Of a stretch of 64,000 bases of DNA, positions 37,949 to 47,870 are shown in pieces (the stretch's first letter is position 1; each line of letters starts with the position of its first letter). Under the pieces are notes generated by a model. The model had not been told where the DNA came from. It saw only the letters and a list, made by a program, of their open reading frames with translations, and did not search any database. The DNA is from Bacillota bacterium (lineage in GTDB: Bacteria; Bacillota; Dehalobacteriia; UBA4068; UBA4997), in NCBI GenBank assembly GCA_036677375.1, contig JAVBWO010000012.1, positions 173,374 to 237,373 on the forward strand, given 5' to 3'. Both the position numbers and the translations under genes were made by a program.

Positions 37949-39955
37949 ATGAAATATGCGCTGATCGGTAACCCCAACAGTGGCAAAACCACGCTTTTCA
38001 ACTCTTTGACCGGGAGCAAACAGCACGTAGGCAACTTTCCTGGCGTTACGGTAGAGAAAAAAGAAGGGATCTTAAAAAACACTAACAATATTACGGTAGT
38101 GGATCTGCCGGGCATTTATTCCCTCTCCCCTTATACCGAGGAAGAAGTGGTAACCAGAGACTACCTGCTCAACGAAAACGTCGACCTGATCATCGATATC
38201 GTGGATGCCACTAATATCGAAAGAAATCTTTATCTTACCCTACAGCTGATGGAATTGGACATGCCCATGGTCATTGCCTTGAACATGATGGACGAGGTGG
38301 ATTCCAACGGTGATTTCATTGATGTGAAAGGCATCGCGCAGGAACTGGCCTTGCCTATCGTGCCCATCTCCGCCGGCAAAAACCAGGGGATTAATGATCT
38401 GATCGAGATCGCCTATCAAACGGCCAAAGGCAAAAAAAACCATTTGAAATGGGATTTTTGCAGCGGTGCTACCCATAAGGCCATTCACGCCGTCACGCAC
38501 TTGATCGAGGACCGTGCGGTACAAAGCAATTTACCGCTGCGCTTCACCGCCATTAAAGTCATTGAAGGCGATGCTCTGGTAGAAAGGGAGCTTGCCATCT
38601 CGCCGCAGGAAAAGGCCATTATCGACTCTATTGTGCATGAAATGGAGAATAACCTGGCCACAGACAAGGAAGCCGCCATTGTGGATATGCGCTACAGTTT
38701 TATCGAAGAGCTATGCCGGAATTATATTCAAAAAGGCGGTGAAAGCAAGGAACGGCAGCGTTCCGTTAAAATCGACCGTTTGCTCACCCATAAAATATGG
38801 GCCATCCCAATTTTTCTCGGCATCATGGCTTTTATCTTCTGGCTGACCTTCGGTATTTTGGGCTCTACCCTAAGTAACCTTATGGGAAACTTCATTCAGT
38901 ATGTGACCAACCTGGTTGACGCCGGTCTCACGGCGCTTGGCATCAGCTTCTGGCTGCACTCTCTTATCATTGACGGCGTTTTTGTAGGGATCGGCAGCGT
39001 CTTATCCTTCCTCCCCACCATTATTATTTTGTTTTTCTTCCTCTCCCTTCTGGAGGATAGCGGTTATATGGCCAGGGTGGCTTTCGTTATGGACAAACTC
39101 TTGCGCAAGATCGGTTTGTCGGGGCGCTCTTTCGTTCCCATGCTCATCGGTTTCGGCTGTTCGGTGCCGGCCATTCTTTCCACCAGGACACTGGCCAGTA
39201 AAAAAGACCGCATGGTTACCATCCTCTTGGTACCCTTCATGTCCTGTAGTGCCAAGCTACCAATTTACGCATTGTTCACCGCAGCATTTTTTCCCAACTA
39301 CCAGGCGCTGGTTATGATTTGCCTGTATGTTTTGGGCATCGTAATGGGAATCTTAATAGGGTTCCTCTTAAAAAAGACGGCATTTAAAGGCGATGCGGCG
39401 CCTTTCATCATGGAACTGCCCGCTTACCGCCTGCCTACCTGGAACAATATCATGCTGGATGTGGGTGAAAAAGCCAAAGGTTTTATCCAACGGGCTTTTA
39501 CCGTTATTTTCCTGGCTTCTATCGTCATTTGGTTCTGCCGCACTTTAGATTGGCAGTTTAACCTGGCGGCTTCCAGCGAGGGCAGCATCTTAGCCTCCAT
39601 CGGCTCTTTGATCGCTCCCATCTTTAAACCTCTTGGTTTTGGCAGCTGGCAGGCTACTACGGCACTCATCACCGGCCTTACCGCCAAGGAAGCCGTCGTC
39701 AGTACTCTGGCTGTTTTGATGGGCTCGACGGAAGCAGCGGTGAGCGGTACCTTGCAAGGATTGTTCAGCACCTTGAGCGCCGCTTCTTTCTTGGTTTTTA
39801 CTTTACTTTACATGCCGTGTATCGCCACGTTCGCGGTGATCAAAAAAGAACTGGTTTCTCGGAAGAAGGCCGTTTTAGCCATGCTATTTCAAACTTCTGT
39901 TGCCTGGATCGTCGCTTTTATCGTTTACCGGTTCGGCCTTCTTTTGGGCTTCTAG
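37949..39955 (+). CDS. feoB: Ferrous iron transporter FeoB (intact, 668 aa)
   Basis: GNPNSGKTT G-domain plus complete membrane domain. Confidence 0.95.
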   Translation: MKYALIGNPNSGKTTLFNSLTGSKQHVGNFPGVTVEKKEGILKNTNNITVVDLPGIYSLSPYTEEEVVTRDYLLNENVDLIIDIVDATNIERNLYLTLQLMELDMPMVIALNMMDEVDSNGDFIDVKGIAQELALPIVPISAGKNQGINDLIEIAYQTAKGKKNHLKWDFCSGATHKAIHAVTHLIEDRAVQSNLPLRFTAIKVIEGDALVERELAISPQEKAIIDSIVHEMENNLATDKEAAIVDMRYSFIEELCRNYIQKGGESKERQRSVKIDRLLTHKIWAIPIFLGIMAFIFWLTFGILGSTLSNLMGNFIQYVTNLVDAGLTALGISFWLHSLIIDGVFVGIGSVLSFLPTIIILFFFLSLLEDSGYMARVAFVMDKLLRKIGLSGRSFVPMLIGFGCSVPAILSTRTLASKKDRMVTILLVPFMSCSAKLPIYALFTAAFFPNYQALVMICLYVLGIVMGILIGFLLKKTAFKGDAAPFIMELPAYRLPTWNNIMLDVGEKAKGFIQRAFTVIFLASIVIWFCRTLDWQFNLAASSEGSILASIGSLIAPIFKPLGFGSWQATTALITGLTAKEAVVSTLAVLMGSTEAAVSGTLQGLFSTLSAASFLVFTLLYMPCIATFAVIKKELVSRKKAVLAMLFQTSVAWIVAFIVYRFGLLLGF

Positions 39956-39969
39956 TGAGGTGATATTTC

Positions 39970-40164
39970 TTGCATGCAATTGATTGGGTCATTATCATTC
40001 CTTTACTGATTCTGGCAGTGGCGGCTTTTGTCAGCTGGCGTAAAAGCAAAAACCGCGGCTGCCATAACAAAAGTTGTTCTACCTGCTCCAGGAATCCCAA
40101 CACCTGCCCCTATACCAAGGAAAAACAAAATATAGAAAACCAAAATAATCATAACCAACCGTAA
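39970..40164 (+). CDS. FeoB-associated Cys-rich small membrane protein
   Basis: 64 aa, one TM helix then CxxxxCSTCSRNPNTCP motif, immediately after feoB2. Confidence 0.7.
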   Translation: MHAIDWVIIIPLLILAVAAFVSWRKSKNRGCHNKSCSTCSRNPNTCPYTKEKQNIENQNNHNQP

Positions 40165-40340
40165 AATTGAAGTGATGAAGTGATAACCTCTAAGTAGACA
40201 GAAAAACCACTGTTTACTTAGGGGTTATCATTTTATTAAAGGTGGTGTTTTGTGGCCAACGTCAAAACGTTGGCCACTCGCTAAAGCGTACATGAGAAAA
40301 GACCCGGGGATTTATATTCCCCGGGTCTCTTGCGCTTACT

Positions 40341-40730
40341 TTATAATTTAAAATACTGGTCATAATTGAGATATTTCAGCTCAATTTGGAATCCATCCTC
40401 CAAGGAAATGGATTTGGCGCCCTCTTGGGTCAATACACCTTTATCATACAGAAGCCAGCCGTCGGTGGCTGTGGAAGCCACATTGCCGAAATTATCCAAC
40501 ATGCCGTTCTTCAAGGTATACGGGACATTGTGATCCTGACAGGCCTTGGTAATAGCCGCAAGAGCGGTAGCATCCTTTTCATTCACCGATACTTCGGTAT
40601 TGAGAAGCTCTATCCCATCCGGCGCTGTGATAACAACACTGCCGGTTATGGTCTTTGCCGTTTCCTGACAGCCGGTCAAGAGCATTACACTACAAATACA
40701 ACATAAAAAGAAAACCCAAAGTTTCTTCAT
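40341..40730 (-). CDS. DUF4430-like lipoprotein
   Basis: Start re-picked at MKKLWVFF. Lipobox LLTGCQ. Terminator hairpin 40300-40332 downstream. Confidence 0.55.
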   Translation of the reverse strand: MKKLWVFFLCCICSVMLLTGCQETAKTITGSVVITAPDGIELLNTEVSVNEKDATALAAITKACQDHNVPYTLKNGMLDNFGNVASTATDGWLLYDKGVLTQEGAKSISLEDGFQIELKYLNYDQYFKL

Positions 40731-40785
40731 CACTACCCCCAAAAAATGAACAAAATTGATAAGAAAAACCCGTTAAAAAGCCGGA

Positions 40786-43700
40786 CTATTTGAAATAAGC
40801 CACGCCGGCTGAGAAGATCTTTTGATCGTAGTCACCCGGTACATTGATATACAAACCGGAATCCACCCGTTCGGTATGGCCCATTTTACCCAGGATGCGG
40901 CCGTCTGGACTGGTAATACCTTCAATGGCGTACATGGAACCGTTGGCATTATAGGCAATATCCATGGAAGGAAGGCCGTTGGTGTCCACATACTGGGTTG
41001 CGACCTGGCCATTGGCAAAGAGTGATTTGATCTCTTCTTCCGTGGCAACAAAGCGTCCTTCCCCATGAGAAATAGCCACACAATGGATGTCTCCCGCTTG
41101 CGACTGAGCCAGCCAGGGAGAAAGCGTACTGGTGATTCTGGTTTGAGCAATACGGCTGATGTGGCGGCCGATCTGATTGAAGGTTAAGGTGGGGCTGTCA
41201 GGCCGCATCTCCCGGATCTCGCCATAAGGGACTAAGCCAACTTTCACCAAAGCCTGGAAACCATTGCAGATACCGATGATCAAGCCGTCTTTTTGCTGGA
41301 GCAACCGATTTAATTGTTCCGCGATCAGCGGATTTCTTAAAACTGCGGCGATAAATTTGCCGCTGCCTTCCGGCTCGTCTCCGGCGGAGAAACCGCCGGG
41401 AATGGCCATGATCTGGCAATCGGCCAGTGAACGTGCAAAAGCGCGGATGCTTTCTTCAATATCCTGGGCATTGCGGTTCTTGATGATGATACTTTCCACC
41501 GCGGCTCCCGCTTTGGCAAAAGCTTTGCCCAGATCGTATTCACAGTTGGTGCCGGGGAAAACAGGCATGCAAACTTTAGGGCTTGACTGCTTATAAGCTG
41601 ATTTTTTGCCGGTTTGTCCGGTATAAAGAGGCATCTGTGTCATCTCAGGCAAAGGCGCCTTGGTGGAAAATACCGGTTCCAAGGTATTCTGCCAGGCCGT
41701 TAGGAGATCGCAAAGAGCAATGCTGCCGCTGCCGTAATCCACCACCGGCGCGGTCTGCACTTCGCCAATGAGGTCATATTCCATACCGAAAAGAGTTGCT
41801 TCATTTTCGATTTCCAACAAAATACTGCCATAAGCCGGAGCAAACAGCATTTGACTGTCCCACTCTCCATACAGCTTCACACCTAAATGATTGCCAAAAG
41901 CCGCTTTGGCCAAGGTAACGCCGATGCCGCCCTGTCCCAAAGCGGAGGCGGAACGCACCTTGCCTGCCTGGCCGGCCATGAAAGCAAAATTGGCCTTCAA
42001 CTGGGCAAAATCAGGCGTGCCGTATTCATCCCGGCCCACCGGGAGAACCGCTAAAAGATTACCCGGCGCTTTCAATTCCGGTGAAATGACTTTTCGCATA
42101 TCTCCAACACAAACGGCAAAAGCACATAAGGTAGGCGGTACATCCAGGTCATTAAAGCTACCAGACATGCTATCCTTACCGCCGATAGCCGGTACCGCAA
42201 GCTGCCGCATGGCGGTCTGTGCTCCCAGCAAAGCGGCAAAAGGCTTGCCCCAGCGGCTGGGCACATCATGAAGCGCGCCGAAATATTCTTGCATGGTGAG
42301 GCGGCACCGGGCCGCGTCCCCTCCTGCCGCCGCGATCTTGCTTAAGGCTTCCACCACCGCGTAAAGACCGCCGTGGTAGGGGCTCCAAGAACTTAAATAA
42401 GGGTCAAAACCATAGCTCATCCAAGTGCCGGTGTGGGTCTCGCCTTGGATCAGCGGAATCTTCGCCGCCATGACCTGACTGGGCGTCATCTGATGCATAC
42501 CGCCGAAAGGCATTAAAACGCTGCCGGCGCCGATGGTGCTGTCAAAACGCTCGACCAAGCCCTTTTTACTGCAATTGTTTAACCGTGACATGGCATCAAG
42601 CCAGGCACTTTTTATATCTCCCGCCGGGACGGTGGCAAAGAAATCTCCCTGGGGCTGGTTCACAACAACCTTGCTTTTGGCGCGAACACCATTGGTATCC
42701 AAAAAGGCGCGGGAAATATTGACGATCTTTTGCCCCCGCCAATTCATTTCCATCCTTTCCCGGTCCGTTACCACGGCAACCGGGGTGGCGTCCAGATTTT
42801 CCGCCGCCGCCAGCTTCAGCACCTTGTCCACGTCCTGCGCACGCACCACTACCGCCATACGTTCCTGGGACTCGGAAATGGCCAGCTCCGTACCATCCAA
42901 GCCTTCATACTTTTTAGGTACCGCGTCCAAGTTGATCTCCAGGCCGTCGGACAGCTCGCCGATGGCCACAGAAACGCCGCCGGCGCCAAAATCATTGCAA
43001 CGCTTAACCAAGGTAGTGAATTTCTCATTGCGATATAAGCGCTGCAGCTTGCGTTCGGTGATGGGATTACCCTTTTGCACTTCCGCGCCGCATTCCAAAA
43101 TACTGTTTTCATCATGGGCTTTGCTGGAGCCAGTGGCGCCACCGCAGCCGTCCCGTCCGGTAGCGCCGCCTAAAAGCAGCACCACATCGCCAGGTTGCGG
43201 CGTTTCCCGCACCACATGAGCGGCGGGCGCCGCCGCGATTACAGCCCCGATCTCCATTCTTTTGGCTTTATAGCCTGGATGATAAACTTCATCCACCAAA
43301 CCGGTGGCCAAACCGATCTGATTGCCGTAGCTGCTGTAACCCTGAGCTGCGCCTACCGTGATCTTCCTTTGCGGCAGCTTGCCGGGGATGGTATCCTCCA
43401 CCTTCTCCAAGGGATCGCCGCAGCCGGTGACCCGCATAGCTTGATAGACATAAGCCCTTCCGGAAAGAGGGTCCCGGATGGCGCCGCCGATACAGGTGGC
43501 CGCACCCCCAAAGGGCTCGATCTCCGTGGGGTGATTGTGTGTTTCGTTTTTGAACATGACCAAATAAGGCACTACTTTGCCGTCCACATCCACCTGGGCT
43601 TTCACGCTGCAGGCATTGATTTCCTCCGAGCTGTCCAGATCGGGGATTTTTCCGTCTGAAAGCATTTCCTTGGCATTGATGGTAGCCATATCCATCAAGG

Positions 43701-44544
43701 TAAGAGGTTTTTGCTCCCGGCCGGTTTTTTGCCGAGCCGCTTTGTATTCCGCCAAAGCTTGCCGCCACAGGGGCGCGTAAAATCCTTCTTCGATGCGGAT
43801 TTCTTCAATGGCCGTCTGGAAAGTAGTATGGCGGCAATGGTCGGACCAATAGGTGTCGATGACTTTGATCTCTGTTAAGGTAGGATCGCGTTTCTCTTCC
43901 CCGGCAAAATAATCCCGGCAGAAAGCCAGATCCGCCACGCTCATGGCCAGTCCCATCTCTTGCCATAGTTTGGTCAGCGCTTCCTCGTCCATTTGGCGGA
44001 ACCCTTTTAAAATAGGCACGTCGGCAGGCGCTGTATATGCAATATCCAAGGTATCCGGTTTGGCCGCCGCCGCTTCCCTGCTGTCCACCGGATTGATGCA
44101 ATAATTACGGATGGCCTGCCATTCCTTATCGCTGAAATCCCCTTCCAAAATATAAAGGGTAGCCACCCGCACCTGCGGCTTTTCCTGCTGGGTCAGTAAT
44201 TGCACACATTGGGCGGCGCTGTCCGCCCGCTGATCGTATTGTCCCGGCAGAAATTCCACCGCCAGGATTTTCTCTGCGGCGGCTAAAGGCGGCAGCTCCT
44301 CATGATAGAGCAGGTCCACCGCCGGTTCCGCCAATATTTGCCGGCAGGCGGCTTCATAATGAGCTTCGTCCAGACCGGCGATATCATAACGGTTGACAAT
44401 GCGAAGATTCTTTAAAGAAGCAATACCGAAGTTCTCCTTAAGATCCCGGCTCATGCCCTGCGCCGCCACGTTAAAACCTTTTTTCTTTTCCACATAAACA
44501 CGCTTTACCAAAAGATTCACCCCATTTTTGCAGTCTCGTGCCAT
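40786..44544 (-). CDS. purL: Phosphoribosylformylglycinamidine synthase (single-chain large PurL type)
   Basis: 1252 aa with AIRS/AIRS_C domains and C-terminal glutamine amidotransferase domain. Confidence 0.95.
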   Translation of the reverse strand: MARDCKNGVNLLVKRVYVEKKKGFNVAAQGMSRDLKENFGIASLKNLRIVNRYDIAGLDEAHYEAACRQILAEPAVDLLYHEELPPLAAAEKILAVEFLPGQYDQRADSAAQCVQLLTQQEKPQVRVATLYILEGDFSDKEWQAIRNYCINPVDSREAAAAKPDTLDIAYTAPADVPILKGFRQMDEEALTKLWQEMGLAMSVADLAFCRDYFAGEEKRDPTLTEIKVIDTYWSDHCRHTTFQTAIEEIRIEEGFYAPLWRQALAEYKAARQKTGREQKPLTLMDMATINAKEMLSDGKIPDLDSSEEINACSVKAQVDVDGKVVPYLVMFKNETHNHPTEIEPFGGAATCIGGAIRDPLSGRAYVYQAMRVTGCGDPLEKVEDTIPGKLPQRKITVGAAQGYSSYGNQIGLATGLVDEVYHPGYKAKRMEIGAVIAAAPAAHVVRETPQPGDVVLLLGGATGRDGCGGATGSSKAHDENSILECGAEVQKGNPITERKLQRLYRNEKFTTLVKRCNDFGAGGVSVAIGELSDGLEINLDAVPKKYEGLDGTELAISESQERMAVVVRAQDVDKVLKLAAAENLDATPVAVVTDRERMEMNWRGQKIVNISRAFLDTNGVRAKSKVVVNQPQGDFFATVPAGDIKSAWLDAMSRLNNCSKKGLVERFDSTIGAGSVLMPFGGMHQMTPSQVMAAKIPLIQGETHTGTWMSYGFDPYLSSWSPYHGGLYAVVEALSKIAAAGGDAARCRLTMQEYFGALHDVPSRWGKPFAALLGAQTAMRQLAVPAIGGKDSMSGSFNDLDVPPTLCAFAVCVGDMRKVISPELKAPGNLLAVLPVGRDEYGTPDFAQLKANFAFMAGQAGKVRSASALGQGGIGVTLAKAAFGNHLGVKLYGEWDSQMLFAPAYGSILLEIENEATLFGMEYDLIGEVQTAPVVDYGSGSIALCDLLTAWQNTLEPVFSTKAPLPEMTQMPLYTGQTGKKSAYKQSSPKVCMPVFPGTNCEYDLGKAFAKAGAAVESIIIKNRNAQDIEESIRAFARSLADCQIMAIPGGFSAGDEPEGSGKFIAAVLRNPLIAEQLNRLLQQKDGLIIGICNGFQALVKVGLVPYGEIREMRPDSPTLTFNQIGRHISRIAQTRITSTLSPWLAQSQAGDIHCVAISHGEGRFVATEEEIKSLFANGQVATQYVDTNGLPSMDIAYNANGSMYAIEGITSPDGRILGKMGHTERVDSGLYINVPGDYDQKIFSAGVAYFK

Positions 44545-44613
44545 TGAGGCATTCTCCTTCTGCTTTAATAATAATAGATTTTATCACATGCTATATCATA
44601 CCACGGGCATGGT

Positions 44614-45042
44614 TTATAAATCCAGCAAAATATCCAAGGCTTCCAAATATCCCGCCGCACCGTGGCCGCTGATCTGCTGCACACAAACCGGCTCGATCAC
44701 GGAAATGCTGCGAAACGGTTCTCTTTGACGGATATCGGAAAGATGCACCTCTACCGTGGGGATTTCTACGCCGGCAATAGCGTCCCGCAGAGCGTAACTA
44801 TAATGGGTATAGGCGCCGGGATTGAAAATAATGCCGTCTACGTTGCCGTAACCGGCATGGATCCTGTCAATCAATGCCCCTTCGCTATTGGACTGAAAGC
44901 AAACAAGCGACACCCCGCGAGTTACGGCATGAGCTTCCACCATTTTTTCAATCTCCTGCAAGGTCTGCGTACCGTAGACAGCCTTTTCCCGGATGCCTAA
45001 TAAATTTAAATTAGGGCCGTTCAGCAATAAAATGTGTTTCAT
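44614..45042 (-). CDS. aroQ: Type II 3-dehydroquinate dehydratase
   Basis: 142 aa, [10 protein letters not shown]...HLSDI motifs. Confidence 0.95.
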   Translation of the reverse strand: MKHILLLNGPNLNLLGIREKAVYGTQTLQEIEKMVEAHAVTRGVSLVCFQSNSEGALIDRIHAGYGNVDGIIFNPGAYTHYSYALRDAIAGVEIPTVEVHLSDIRQREPFRSISVIEPVCVQQISGHGAAGYLEALDILLDL

Positions 45043-45094
45043 CTCTTTTCCTCCTTGACAGAACGTGATACAATAGTTTCAATAATATTGGGAG

Positions 45095-45964
45095 GTGCTT
45101 TCTTTGCCCAAAAATTTTGCCGTGATCGGTGATCCTGTGGGCCACAGCCTATCACCGGCCATTCACAACCTGCTTTATGAAATCCACCATTATGACGGGA
45201 CCTACCGTCCCCTGCGTATTCGGAAAACCCAATTGGAGCAGGAGCTGCCCCGGCTCATCGCCGAATATGATCTGGCGGGATTCAATATTACCATGCCCCA
45301 TAAGCAAGGCATCATCCCCCTTTTGGCGACCATTACCAAGGACGGCGCTTTGGCGCATTCGGTCAATACCGTTTGCTGCACTTATAAAGGACTGCAAGGC
45401 TATTCCACCGACGCTTTGGGATTTGCGCAGGCGGTACAAGCCACCGGACGGGACCCGCAAAAGCTGCCGGCGGTATTTTTAGGCTGCGGCGGCGCTTGCA
45501 ATGCTTTGGCTCTGCATTGGGCTCTGATGGAAAAAGCGCCTGTAACCATTATCGCCCGTACGCCGGAAAAGGCCGCGCCCATCAAGGAAACCATCCAAGA
45601 GCAAGGCGGCGCTCCTCTTACTATTTTAACATGGACGGAAGGAAATATCATCAATGCCATGAAAAATGCACTGCTTTTGGTGAACACCACGCCCCTGGGC
45701 ATGGTGGGCAATCCCGAAAATTTCGAAAATCTGGAATTTCTTCAAACCTTACCGGATCATTCCCTGGTTTTTGATCTCATCTACGACCCCAGAGAGACCC
45801 TGCTGCTGCAAAAAGCAAGGGAACTGGGCCATTGCACTGCCAACGGCTTGGATATGCTGATTTATCAGGCGATGGAGGCTTTTACCATTTTGACCGGCGT
45901 CAAAACGGACAAAAAGGATAAGATCACCATCGAACAGGCCTTAAAAGCACAAGGTTTGGGCTGA
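45095..45964 (+). CDS. aroE: Shikimate dehydrogenase
   Basis: TTG start with GGGAGG RBS. FAVIGDPVGHSLSP motif. Confidence 0.9.
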   Translation: MLSLPKNFAVIGDPVGHSLSPAIHNLLYEIHHYDGTYRPLRIRKTQLEQELPRLIAEYDLAGFNITMPHKQGIIPLLATITKDGALAHSVNTVCCTYKGLQGYSTDALGFAQAVQATGRDPQKLPAVFLGCGGACNALALHWALMEKAPVTIIARTPEKAAPIKETIQEQGGAPLTILTWTEGNIINAMKNALLLVNTTPLGMVGNPENFENLEFLQTLPDHSLVFDLIYDPRETLLLQKARELGHCTANGLDMLIYQAMEAFTILTGVKTDKKDKITIEQALKAQGLG

Positions 45965-46065
45965 TTGGTTAAAGCCTTTTGATATTGCAAAACATCGCTT
46001 TATCATCAAATCGCACAACATAGCCGGGGTAAGCATTTCCCGGAAAGTACGGCAAAAATCATATA

Positions 46066-46095
46066 ACACAAAAGCCCTGTAACCTTACAGGGCTT
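46066..46095. terminator. Bidirectional terminator aaaagccctgtaaccttacagggctttttg
   Basis: Perfect hairpin between convergent aroE and aroK. Confidence 0.8.
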
Positions 46096-46603
46096 TTTGA
46101 TTGAAATAGGCGCGTCCGAGATCAATCAGCTTTTGCGCTGCCAATCCCGTATCGCCGTCATGAACTAAAGTAACATGACTGGCAGTCTCGTAGAGCTTCT
46201 GCCGCTGAGCGTACAATTGCCGGAGCCGTTTTTCGGTATCACCTTGCAGCAAAGGACGTTTTGTGGGCTTTACCTCTTGGATGAGCAAATCCAGGGACCG
46301 GTTCAAATAAACCACCAAGCCGCTTTTTTGCATCAACAGGACATTGGCGGGGTCAAGAATGATACCGCCGCCCGTGGCAATGAGAAACCCATGCCGCACG
46401 GCATATTCTTGCAGGATTTTTCTCTCCAGCGTCCGGAAAGCGGCCTCCCCTTTTTGCTGAAAAATTTGATTAATGGTCGCGTTTTCTTGTTGTTCGATGC
46501 AGGCGTCTAAATCCATAGGCACAAGCCCCAATTCCCCGGCCGCCAAAGGAGCCAGGGTACTTTTGCCGCTGCCCGGCATACCGATTAGATAAAGATTAGG
46601 CAT
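46085..46603 (-). CDS. aroK: Shikimate kinase
   Basis: Walker A GMPGSGKST. Start picked at MPNLYLIG so it does not overlap pheA. Confidence 0.85.
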   Translation of the reverse strand: MPNLYLIGMPGSGKSTLAPLAAGELGLVPMDLDACIEQQENATINQIFQQKGEAAFRTLERKILQEYAVRHGFLIATGGGIILDPANVLLMQKSGLVVYLNRSLDLLIQEVKPTKRPLLQGDTEKRLRQLYAQRQKLYETASHVTLVHDGDTGLAAQKLIDLGRAYFNQKAL

Positions 46604-46607
46604 CACG

Positions 46608-47870
46608 TCAGACCTCCCTCGCCGCTTTTTCATATAGTCCCAAAAGACGGCAGGGGCTGGCATAATCGCCCAGTTCCTTCAGCATCAGAAGAGCTCCCTC
46701 CCATGTGAAATCGCCTTCAATATCGGCAAAAAAACGGTATTCAAAATTATGACCCGGAATCGGACGGGATTCGATCCTAGTCAGGTTCCAGCCCTTTTCG
46801 GCAAAGAGCCCTAAAGCTTGGTATAAAGAACCAGAGCGGTGCGGCAACGTAAAACTAAAGGTCACTTTATTCCCCACAGCCTCTTGCGGCTCTTCCGCGA
46901 TGATAAAAAAGCGAGTGCTGTTTTGGGCGGCAGCCTGGATATTTGCCGAAAGAACCGCCAGGCCGTAGGTATCTGCGGCGTATTGGCTGGCAATGGCGGC
47001 TTTCTCTTTGTCGCCGGTATTTTTCACATACTGGGCAGAGAGAGCCGTATTATGATAAGGCCGCTTTTCCCAGCCGGTATTTTTCTGTAAAAAAGGCATA
47101 CATTGCTCAAAGCCCTGTTCGTGGGAATAGACTTGCCGAATATCCGATAAGCGCGTTCCTGGCAAACCCAAAAGGCAATGCCGAACCGGCAGGATCATTT
47201 CCCCTGTAATAGAGGCTGGAAATTCCATCATCAAATCATAGACCTGAGCAATGGAACCGGTGGTGGAATTCTCTACCGGAACCACGCCATACTTGGCTTC
47301 GCCCCGAGCCACCGCTTGAAAGACACCGGCAAAATCGGGATAAGCCAAAGCAACCCCCCGGTTACCAAACCATTTTTCCAAGGCCTCGTGACTGTAAGCG
47401 CCGGGTACTCCCGCATAGGCGACTTTTACTTGGGCAGTCTCGGGAACTTTTTCTGTGGTTATCCCCGGCTTAAAGGAAGTACTTTCCGGCTCTTTGCCAT
47501 CTTGCGTCCTCTTTTTAAGGGCTTTTTCAATGGGGTTTTGGGAGGTTTGCTCCTGCTTAGGGCCGTTCTCTGTCTTATCCGTGGTCTCTGATACCGTTTT
47601 TTGAGAAAGGGATGACATCTGCTCTTTCTTGCTCAGATCCATTATGGTATGGAAAAAGACTTGCAGCTTATCTGCCAGGGTTTCATCAGACAGCCAAGCC
47701 AGGCGGCTTTGGCAGACGGCCTCCTCCCGGGAGGCGTCATAAATGGGCAGCCCGGCTTTTTCTTTCTCCCAGGCAATTTCCCGGGCCAATGCCATCCGTT
47801 CCTGGAACAGCTTGACCAGCTCACTGTCGATAGCGTCGATCTCTTTTCTTAACTGTTCCAATTCTTTCAT
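46608..47870 (-). CDS. pheA: Bifunctional chorismate mutase / prephenate dehydratase with unusually long low-complexity inter-domain linker
   Basis: N-terminal AroQ-class CM motifs (LREIDAIDSELVKLF...), PDT domain, C-terminal ACT domain. ~70 aa S/T/E/K-rich linker. Confidence 0.9.
   Translation of the reverse strand: MKELEQLRKEIDAIDSELVKLFQERMALAREIAWEKEKAGLPIYDASREEAVCQSRLAWLSDETLADKLQVFFHTIMDLSKKEQMSSLSQKTVSETTDKTENGPKQEQTSQNPIEKALKKRTQDGKEPESTSFKPGITTEKVPETAQVKVAYAGVPGAYSHEALEKWFGNRGVALAYPDFAGVFQAVARGEAKYGVVPVENSTTGSIAQVYDLMMEFPASITGEMILPVRHCLLGLPGTRLSDIRQVYSHEQGFEQCMPFLQKNTGWEKRPYHNTALSAQYVKNTGDKEKAAIASQYAADTYGLAVLSANIQAAAQNSTRFFIIAEEPQEAVGNKVTFSFTLPHRSGSLYQALGLFAEKGWNLTRIESRPIPGHNFEYRFFADIEGDFTWEGALLMLKELGDYASPCRLLGLYEKAAREV

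Noticed and set aside
42533-43219. 228 aa plus-strand ORF and other 60-160 aa ORFs inside purL
   Set aside because: Antisense to, or nested in, a 1252 aa highly conserved gene.
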